This document shows, piece by piece, positions 52,770 through 64,000 of a stretch of 64,000 bases of DNA. The translations under genes and the position numbers were made by a program. Location of the stretch: positions 64,001 through 128,000 of the forward strand of contig CAVYSY010000021.1 of NCBI GenBank assembly GCA_963771175.1. The letters run 5' to 3'. The number at the start of each line of letters is the position of its first letter. Within the stretch, counting starts at the first letter, position 1. Source of the DNA: an uncultured delta proteobacterium. Its GTDB lineage: Bacteria > Myxococcota > Myxococcia > Myxococcales > Myxococcaceae. The notes under the pieces were generated by a model. That model was not told the origin of the DNA, did no database searches, and saw only the letters and a list, made by a program, of their open reading frames with translations.

Positions 52770-53735
52770 TCAGGCACGAGCGGCGTTGATGCCGGACTCC
52801 ACCGCGTCCACGTCCGCGGCCGCGAGCTGCGGAGCCTCGCCGGTGGGCACATCGAACGGGGCGCGGCCAATCTGCCGCGTGCCGAAGCGCGGGAACAAGG
52901 GCGCCAGCACGTACACGCGGAAGCACCAGCCCAAGAAGTTGCGCTGGTTGAGCACCGGGTTGATCTCCGCGGCGATCTTCGCGTGCGCCTCGCCCAGGGT
53001 GCTCCAGTGCGCGCCCGGCATCTCGTGGTGCACCGCGTGCAGTCCGTTGTTGAAGAGCAGGAAGTTGATGAGCTTGCCGTCGAAGCTGCGCGAGTGGTCG
53101 TGCTCGCTCCAGGGGTCCGTGTGGACGTGCTGGATGTAGTTGAAGAACATGATGGTCCACAGCGCGAAGAGCGCCGGGATGAGGAAGGCGAAGCTCCACA
53201 CCTTGATGCCCGCCGCCACCCCGTGCCACGCGATGGCCAGGCCCAGCAGTGCCAGGTGCAGGCCGGCCCACATCACGTACTGCATGATGATCTGCCGGTA
53301 GAGCGGGGGGTTGGACTGCTTGGCCTTGCGGATGTACTGCTTGATGGGATCGCTCTGCCAGTAGGACGAGACGAAGAAGTACGTGAAGGCCACCCACCAG
53401 TTGTGCTTGTTCGTGTAGCGCCAGGTGATGGTGGCGTCGCCCGGCTTGTTGACGAACTTGTGGTGGTTGAGGTTGTGCGTCGGCACCCAGGCGAAGGTGG
53501 GGTAGCCGTAGAAGTGCGAGATCCAGTAGCCCATGACCGTGTTCATCCGCCGGTTCTTGAACGTGGGGCTGTGGTTGTGGTTGTGCGCGATGACGCCCGC
53601 GCTCAGCGCCAGGTAGCACCCGAGCGGGCTGAGGTAGGGGATGAGGCCCGGGTTGACGTACTGCGCCATCGCCACGATGGGCATGGCGAGGCACCACAGC
53701 AGGGTCCTGTAATCGGCGGTGTAGCGGAGGCTCAT
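52770..53735 (-). CDS. Membrane fatty acid desaturase
   Basis: His boxes HNHNH, HNLNHH, QH and HAVHH; TM segments. Confidence 0.92.
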   Translation of the reverse strand: MSLRYTADYRTLLWCLAMPIVAMAQYVNPGLIPYLSPLGCYLALSAGVIAHNHNHSPTFKNRRMNTVMGYWISHFYGYPTFAWVPTHNLNHHKFVNKPGDATITWRYTNKHNWWVAFTYFFVSSYWQSDPIKQYIRKAKQSNPPLYRQIIMQYVMWAGLHLALLGLAIAWHGVAAGIKVWSFAFLIPALFALWTIMFFNYIQHVHTDPWSEHDHSRSFDGKLINFLLFNNGLHAVHHEMPGAHWSTLGEAHAKIAAEINPVLNQRNFLGWCFRVYVLAPLFPRFGTRQIGRAPFDVPTGEAPQLAAADVDAVESGINAARA

Positions 53736-53786
53736 GGCCTCTCAGGCTATCCCGGCCCGTTTTGGGGGTCCTAGAAATCTTTCCGA

Positions 53787-53831
53787 AACAGAACACTAGC
53801 CAACAGAGCACTGGTCAACAGCTCACGGACC
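53787..53831. repeat. Three tandem imperfect 15-bp direct repeats
   Basis: AACAGAACACTAGCC / AACAGAGCACTGGTC / AACAGCTCACGGACC between divergent genes. Confidence 0.65.
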
Positions 53832-53910
53832 CCCGCTGTCCGAGCGAGCAGGTGGCCTGAACGCTGGAGCAGGAGAGCGTGCCTATCATCGACCTGAGAG
53901 GGCGTGGCGT

Positions 53911-54231
53911 ATGGCACACATCCCTGTTCCCCCGAGCCGAGGCGCCACCGTGCGCAGCTCGCTGGAGGCCGAGCTCTCCACGGCGCCGGAGACGGGCTAC
54001 ACCGCCAGGGAGCTCTCGGCCCGGGTGGGCATCTCCGAGAAGGACGTGGCCGGGCACCTGGAGCACCTGGAGAAGTCCCTCAAGGCCGGAGGCGCCGCGC
54101 TGGAGGTCATTCCCGCCGAGTGCCTCGCCTGCGGCTTCGTCTTCCGGGAGCGCAAGCGCCTCACCCGGCCCGGCTCCTGCCCCGAGTGCCGCTCCACCCG
54201 CATCGACCCGCCCGCCTTCCGCATCCGCTGA
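53911..54231 (+). CDS. HTH plus Zn-ribbon transcriptional regulator (COG3357-like)
   Basis: TARELSARVGISEKDVAGHLEHL; CLACG..RPGSCPECRS.RI. Confidence 0.85.
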   Translation: MAHIPVPPSRGATVRSSLEAELSTAPETGYTARELSARVGISEKDVAGHLEHLEKSLKAGGAALEVIPAECLACGFVFRERKRLTRPGSCPECRSTRIDPPAFRIR

Positions 54232-54246
54232 AGCCCGCAAAAGAGA

Positions 54247-54277
54247 AGCGGCGGGAAGCCCGAGGCTCCCCGCCGCT
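54247..54277. terminator. Hairpin terminator between convergent genes
   Basis: AGCGGCGGG..AGCC-CGA-GGCT..CCCGCCGCT with an A-rich flank. Confidence 0.7.
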
Positions 54278-54311
54278 CGTCACTGCTCCAGGCCCTGGGG
54301 GCCGGGTGTGA

Positions 54312-56821
<2,510 letters not shown>

Positions 56822-57107
56822 GGGGTTGCAACTCCTCAGCAATGAGAGTGTCGAGGGGTTGGCCGCCTGCGGACGGGAGTGCCGCACGCAGACGCTTCAG
56901 CGCAGCCTCGCCCTTCAGGACCGAGAGAGCGTGCCTGAAGGCACTCTGCGTGTACCACGCCCCAGGTGGGGAAGTCGAATTCCCGGAAAGGGTCTACTAG
57001 GTAGACCCGTCTCCTGGGATGCGCGGGGGGGGGGCGGAAATGGACACGCCCGTCGGGGCCCTCGGGGGGGCCGCCAGACGGGCGCGTCGGGGGTCCAGCG
57101 GAAGGGA

Positions 57108-57620
57108 CTACAGCACCTTGACGCTGATGGTCTTGAGGACCTGGTCGCCGCGCAGGATGCTGACGGTCCAGTCGCCCGCCTTGTTCAGGCGCACGCCGGT
57201 CCACTGACGGGCGCGCCAGCCCTCGCCCTTGACCTTCACGTCCTTGGTCTCGCGCACCGTGTTGCCCAGCTTCGTCTGCACCATCAGGTCCTCGACGGTG
57301 TCACCCTGCGGCACCAGGTAGGACTGCCACACCATCACCGTGGTGTTGGCCTTGACGCCCTCGGCGGGCACCTCGGCGGTGCACTCGAACTTGTTGGGGC
57401 CTTCCTTGGCCACCTCGGTGCACAGCCTGGCTTCCACCAGCACCGGGCCCTGGCCCTGGCCCTTGTAGAAGTACTCCCAGGTGGTCTTCACCGCGTCGCT
57501 GGACGGAGCCTTCACCGGCTCGTGCGCCGGGGCCGCCTCGGGCGCCGCGTCCTGCGCCATCGCCACGCCGCCGAACGCCACCACCGCGCACATCGCCAAC
57601 TTCTTCAGATTGCCTGCCAT
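57108..57620 (-). CDS. Secreted DUF2914-like protein
   Basis: Signal peptide (AMA-QD); WRARQW..AGDWTVSI C-terminal beta-sandwich pattern. Confidence 0.65.
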   Translation of the reverse strand: MAGNLKKLAMCAVVAFGGVAMAQDAAPEAAPAHEPVKAPSSDAVKTTWEYFYKGQGQGPVLVEARLCTEVAKEGPNKFECTAEVPAEGVKANTTVMVWQSYLVPQGDTVEDLMVQTKLGNTVRETKDVKVKGEGWRARQWTGVRLNKAGDWTVSILRGDQVLKTISVKVL

Positions 57621-57672
57621 GGTGTTTCCCCCTCGAGTTGGGTTTGCAGGGCGAGTGTCTAGCACGAAGACC

Positions 57673-59023
57673 TCACCCCCACAGGAAGAAGGCCAGGGTG
57701 ACGAGCGGCAGGTAGACGAAGAAGGCCACCAGCAGGAAGCCGAGGATGTCCTTGAACTCGAGCCGCGCCACCGCCAGCAGCGGCAGGGCCCAGAAGGGCT
57801 GGATGAGGTCCGTGGCCATGTCGCCCCAGGCGTACGCGAGCACCACCTTCTCCGGCGCCACGCCCGAGCGTCGCTCGCCGCCTCGAGCAGGTAGGGCGCC
57901 TCGATGGCCCACTTGGAGCCGCCCGAGGGCACGAAGTAGTTCACCACGCCGCTGTACAGGTAGACGATGGCGGGGAAGGTGCTCGCGCGGTGGAGAGCGA
58001 GACGAAGAGCTCGCCGATGCGCTCGGTCAGCCCGGTGGCCTTGAAGATGCCGTAGATGCCCGCGTAGAGCGGGAACTGCAGGACGATGCCGTGCAGCACG
58101 CTGGCGGCCTCCTCGCTGGCCTTGAGCAGCCGCGCCGGCGTGCCGTGCAGCAGCACCGCCAGCGTCAGGAAGAGGAAGTTCACGACGTTGAGGTTGATGG
58201 CCTTCCAGCCCCCGTTGAGCCACAGGTAGCGCCCGAACCAGAGCAGGCCCAGCGCGCCGAAGACGACGTTGAGCAGCGGCGAGTAGTCCAGCCACACCGC
58301 GAAGCTCTTGCTCGCGCGGGCGCTGGGGCGGCTGGAAGTCCTGCGAGCTGCTCCAGGATCGCCGGGTCCACCCGCACCGTGCGCTCGGGCTTCGGGTGCA
58401 GGGCCCAGGCCAGCAGCGTGAGGCCGCCCACCACCGCCACGGTGAGCCCGAGGTTGAAGGGGGAGAAGAGCGTCCGGTCGATGGGGATGACGCCGAGCTG
58501 CTTCTCCAGGAAGTGGCCGGGGGTGGCCACCAGCAGCGGCGCCGAGGCGGACAGGCCGGCGTGCCAGGTGGCGCCCAGGCCGAAGTAGGCGCACGCCACC
58601 AGCAGGCGGTAGTCCACGTCCGGCTGCCGCCGCACCACGAAGCGCACCAGCATGGCGCTGGCCACCAGCGACAGGCCCCAGTTGATGTAGGCCAGCCCCA
58701 TGGAGACGGCGGCCATCAGCACCACCGCGCCGCGCGGGCTCCGCGCCAGCCCCGCCAGCCGCTCGAGCAGGGCGCGCACCGGCCCGGTGAGCGCCAGCAG
58801 GTAGCCGGTGAACATCACCAGCGCCATCTGCATGGAGAAGGTGAGCAGCTCCCAGAAGCCGCCGCCCCAGGCGTCCAGCACTCGCGCGGGCGGCGCGTCG
58901 GCCCAGCCGAGGGCCAGTCCCATGGTGAGCAGCGATGAGCAGCACCGCGATGGCGAACGCGCTGGGCACGAAGCGCGCGGAGAAGCGGCCGAGGGCCTCC
59001 GCGAGGCGAACGAGTGTTTCCAC
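57673..59023 (-). CDS. Short-chain fatty acid transporter (AtoE-like), several frameshifts
   Basis: WGGGFWELLTFSMQMAL, DYRLLVA, WHAGLSASAPL, QFPLYAGI, FVPSGG, QPFWALPLL. Confidence 0.88.
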
Positions 59024-59279
59024 GGGACGTCGGGCTCCGATGTTCGGGCAATGGGGCGTATGCCCCGGGGCACATCTGAACACGGAGGAGCACGCCTTCC
59101 GAGAAATCCCCCACCGGCTCCCTCCCGGCCCGGTGCCGCTCCAATGACAGACAGCGCACAGTCCGGGCCGCTCGGGCGCCTGGATTCCGTTGGGCGGCCA
59201 ACCTTGGGCACCCGTCCTTGTCTGGCAATGCGCAACCCCCCACTTGTCGGGCTCCGGGGCAATGGCCATCTGGGCCCCA

Positions 59280-59591
59280 ATGGCCTACCGCGTCCATATC
59301 CCCGTGGAGCTGTGGAGCACCTTGAAGGCGCTCCCTTCGGAGCTCGTCGAGCGGTTGCATCGCCGCATCGACGACATCGCCCAACTGGCGGAGCTGGCTC
59401 CTCCCCTCAACCCGCTCTGGTTGAAGCTCGGTGCCACCGACCTGCCCCTGCTGCGCTGCGTCGTGGATGGATACGCCGTCCTCTACGAGGTCGACGAGTC
59501 CTGCCGCACCCTCTCCGTGCTCGACGTGGAGCAGGTCGAGGACGACGCGTACTCCCTGTCCTCCAGCCTCATGGCCGCCCACGGGCACTGA
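59280..59591 (+). CDS. RelE/ParE-like small protein (orphan)
   Basis: YRVHI....LKALP....RL.RRI..IA...LRCVVDGYAVLYEVDE..RTLSVLDV fits the RelE secondary-structure pattern. Confidence 0.65.
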   Translation: MAYRVHIPVELWSTLKALPSELVERLHRRIDDIAQLAELAPPLNPLWLKLGATDLPLLRCVVDGYAVLYEVDESCRTLSVLDVEQVEDDAYSLSSSLMAAHGH

Positions 59592-59927
59592 GGGCGTCCC
59601 CGAGAGGGTGTCCCCCCGAGGTCCGGTTCGAAGTCCTGGGTCCCCTCATCCCGTCCCGCTCCCGGGGCGAGCTGAGTGATTGTTTCGCCAGGTGTGTGGG
59701 AAGCCGTCCGCCGTCATCGAGCCGTCCACTCCGATGATGCCGCACCGCACCTGTCCTGGACGCCCCCCCCAACGCGCTCACGCGCCTCGGCGACAGCGCC
59801 TCGTGCTCCTCGGCCCACGGAGCGGTGGCAGGGAAAGAATCGGTAGAAGTTTCAGCCCTGTTTCGTCGCTTTTTACAGGCCCGCCGAGTCATCTCCGTAC
59901 CACGGGCTCAGGGGTTGGGGGCCGAGA

Positions 59928-61913
<1,986 letters not shown>

Positions 61914-61930
61914 TATCGGTGCGCGCACGC

Positions 61931-63242
61931 ATGGCCTCCGACCCCCCCGACTCCGACGACAAGCTCCCCACCCAGGGGCGCTTCACCCGCTTCCGCAAGC
62001 TGGCTGGCCTCTCCGCGCAGCTCAGCGCGGACGTCCTCAAGAGTGGGGCGAGGCGGCTCGTCGGGGAGGAGCCGGAGCTGCTCAGCAAGGCGGCCGCCGA
62101 GAAGCTCGTCTCCACGCTCGGGGAGCTCAAGGGCGCGGCCATGAAGCTCGGCCAGGCCGTGTCCATGGACACGGAGTTCCTCTCCCCCGAGGTGCGCCAG
62201 GTCATCGCCCGCCTGCAGAACGAGGCCCCGCCCATGCCCTACGAAATGGTGGCGCGGGTCATCCGCGAGGAGCTCGGCGACGCCCCGGAGGTCCTCTTCC
62301 GCGAGCTTCGAGCGCACCCCGCTGGCCGCCGCCTCGCTGGGGCAGGTGCACCGCGCGGTGCTGCACGATGGCAGGCGGGTGGCGGTGAAGGTGCAGTACC
62401 CCGGCATCGCCGACACGCTGGCCGGGGACATGGACAACCTCGGCCTGGTGGTGAAGACGGTGTCCAAGGCCTCGCGCCTCATGGACGGCACCGCCTACTT
62501 CCGCGAGCTGCGCGAGGAGCTGCTGCTGGAGACGGACTACCGCCGCGAGGCCAGCCTGTGCGCCGCCTTCGCCCGGAGCGTGGCCCGCCTGCCGGAGCTC
62601 AAGGTGCCCGAGGTCATCCCCGAGCGCACCGCCGGGCGCGTGCTCACCCTGGAACTGCTCCAGGGCCGCACCCTCAAGGACTGGGTCGTCTCCGAGCCCT
62701 CCGCCGCCGAGCGCTTCCGCGTGGCGCGCCTGCTCATCCTCGCCATCTACGGGCCCTTCTTCACCCACGGCGAGATGCATGCGGACCCCCACCCGGGCAA
62801 CTTCATGGTGCTCGACGACGGGCGGCTGGGGCTGCTCGACTTCGGCTCCATCAAGCGCTTCACCCCGCGCTTCGTGGACGCCAACCGGCGCATGTTCCTG
62901 CACGCCGTGAAGCTCGAGTCCATGGACGTGCTCGGGCTGAGCCGCGAGGTGGGCTTCACCACGGAATTGCCGGACGCGGAGACCGCGGCCCTCATCCAGG
63001 AGGTGCTGCACATCGCCGGGCGGCCCATGCGCGCCTCGCCCTACGACTACGCCGCGTGCACCATCACCCGCGACATGAAGCTGCACTTCGCGCGCAACGC
63101 GGCGCGCTTCCTGAAGATCCGCCCGCCCGCCGAGGCCGTGATGTTCTTCCGCTCCACCGGTGGGCTGGCCCAGAACCTGCGCCTCATCGGCGCGCGGGGC
63201 GACTTCCGCGGCGTCTACCAGGAGGTTGCCGCGCTCCTGTGA
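61931..63242 (+). CDS. ABC1/AarF/UbiB-family atypical kinase, frameshift near 62305
   Basis: KGAAMKLGQ, AAASLGQVH, VAVKVQYPG, HADPHPGNF, LLDFG. Confidence 0.93.
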
Positions 63243-63249
63243 GCGGATG

Positions 63250-63660
63250 CTACCGGGCGGTGCTCGCCGCCGGCAGCTTGCTCTTCTTGTAGATGCTGAT
63301 GAGCTTGCGGGCCAGCGACTCGCCCTGGACGCTCTTGGAGATGTAGCCGTCCGCGCCGGAGGCCAGCGCGAGTGCGCGCAGCTTGGACTCGTCCGAGGCC
63401 GAGTAGAGGATGAAGCGCGTGGTGGCGGGTGCCTGGTTGCGCGCCAGCGACAGCACCTTGTCTCCGCTGAGCGCCGGGATGTTCACGTCCAGCAGCACCA
63501 GGTCCGGCGTCGCGTGGCGCACCAGGTTGGACACCCCCAGTGACGAGCGGTGGGTCCTCACCTCGAAGCCGTACGCGTTCAACGTCCGCTCCAACAGCAT
63601 GAGCTGATCCACATCGTCGTCCACCACGAGGACACGAATCTTGTTCTCGCTCTCGGACAT
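63250..63660 (-). CDS. Single-domain response regulator (receiver)
   Basis: RVLVVDDD, PDLVLLDVNIP, LYSA, GADGYISKS; GGGAG RBS. Confidence 0.93.
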   Translation of the reverse strand: MSESENKIRVLVVDDDVDQLMLLERTLNAYGFEVRTHRSSLGVSNLVRHATPDLVLLDVNIPALSGDKVLSLARNQAPATTRFILYSASDESKLRALALASGADGYISKSVQGESLARKLISIYKKSKLPAASTAR

Positions 63661-63920
63661 GGGCTCCCCTTGTTGATGGGCAGAGAAGGTTCGTGGATGC
63701 AGCCGGAGGGCTGCGAGGATCCAGGCCAATCGCCCCGCCCACGTAGTTTGATGCCTGCCCCCTCGCGAAGGAAGTCGGGGGGGCCGAAATCCAACGTCCA
63801 TAGTCCCGCGAGACGGGCAAAATCTGGAATATCCCGAGGTTGCGAAGTTATCGAGACGGGAAAATTCCGGGAAGCGAGAACGCTCTCGGGCCCCGGCCGA
63901 ACCTTTCGCGCGAAGGAAGC

Positions 63921-64000
63921 TCAGGCGGAGAGGGGGCGTTCCTGTTTGCGGATGGCGGTGAGCTTGCGGATGAGGTCGGCCCCCTGGACGCTCTTGGACA
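63921..64000 (-). CDS. 3' end of a second, paralogous receiver-domain protein (partial)
   Basis: SKSVQGADLIRKLTAIRKQERPLSA* parallels SKSVQGESLARKL of the downstream gene. Confidence 0.7.
   Translation of the reverse strand, partial: SKSVQGADLIRKLTAIRKQERPLSA

Noticed and set aside
52770..53735. Desaturase as CarF (plasmalogen desaturase)
   Set aside because: His-box spacing fits a generic FA_desaturase; I cannot match it to the CarF/TMEM189 pattern.
59620..59645. GGTTCGAA as a possible tRNA T-arm or att site
   Set aside because: No cloverleaf, acceptor stem or CCA can be built, and no integrase is nearby.
63713..63728. Possible sigma54 promoter for the response regulator (TGGCCTGGATCCTCGC on minus)
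   Set aside because: GG-to-GC spacing is 11 nt, not the required 10.

Overview
High-GC chromosomal window from a myxobacterium, most likely Archangiaceae/Myxococcaceae (inferred from the pomY-pomZ-pomX locus, a MYXO-CTERM surface protein and two Hanks-type Ser/Thr kinases). It holds about 57 protein-coding genes. I saw no rRNA, tRNA, CRISPR array, intact IS or prophage. Recognisable loci: pomYZX division-site positioning genes, a TetR-aldehyde dehydrogenase-B3/4 cluster, a TraB-like OmpA/TSP3 gene paired with an AgmC-like MYXO-CTERM adhesin, MoxR-VWA, ohr, a secreted phytochelatin-synthase-family enzyme, rnz, a TetR-RND-TolC operon, a cold-shock gene, a desaturase, a membrane pyrophosphatase and an AtoE-like transporter. 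Many conserved genes are broken by 1-bp indels in patches, most likely read or assembly errors. The best candidates for undescribed biology are: a SAM-methyltransferase fused to two degenerate Nudix-like domains (18405-20618); the TraAB-like barrel plus adhesin pair (20913-25719); a translationally coupled pair of ferritin-like proteins (13244-15207); a RuvC-like gene coupled to the end of the efflux operon (51810-52298); a decayed restriction-endonuclease/TOPRIM-like module (16546-17507); an orphan RelE-like gene; and a kinase-PilZ-like-J-like-TPR protein. Family assignments come from motif recognition by eye, not from database searches.
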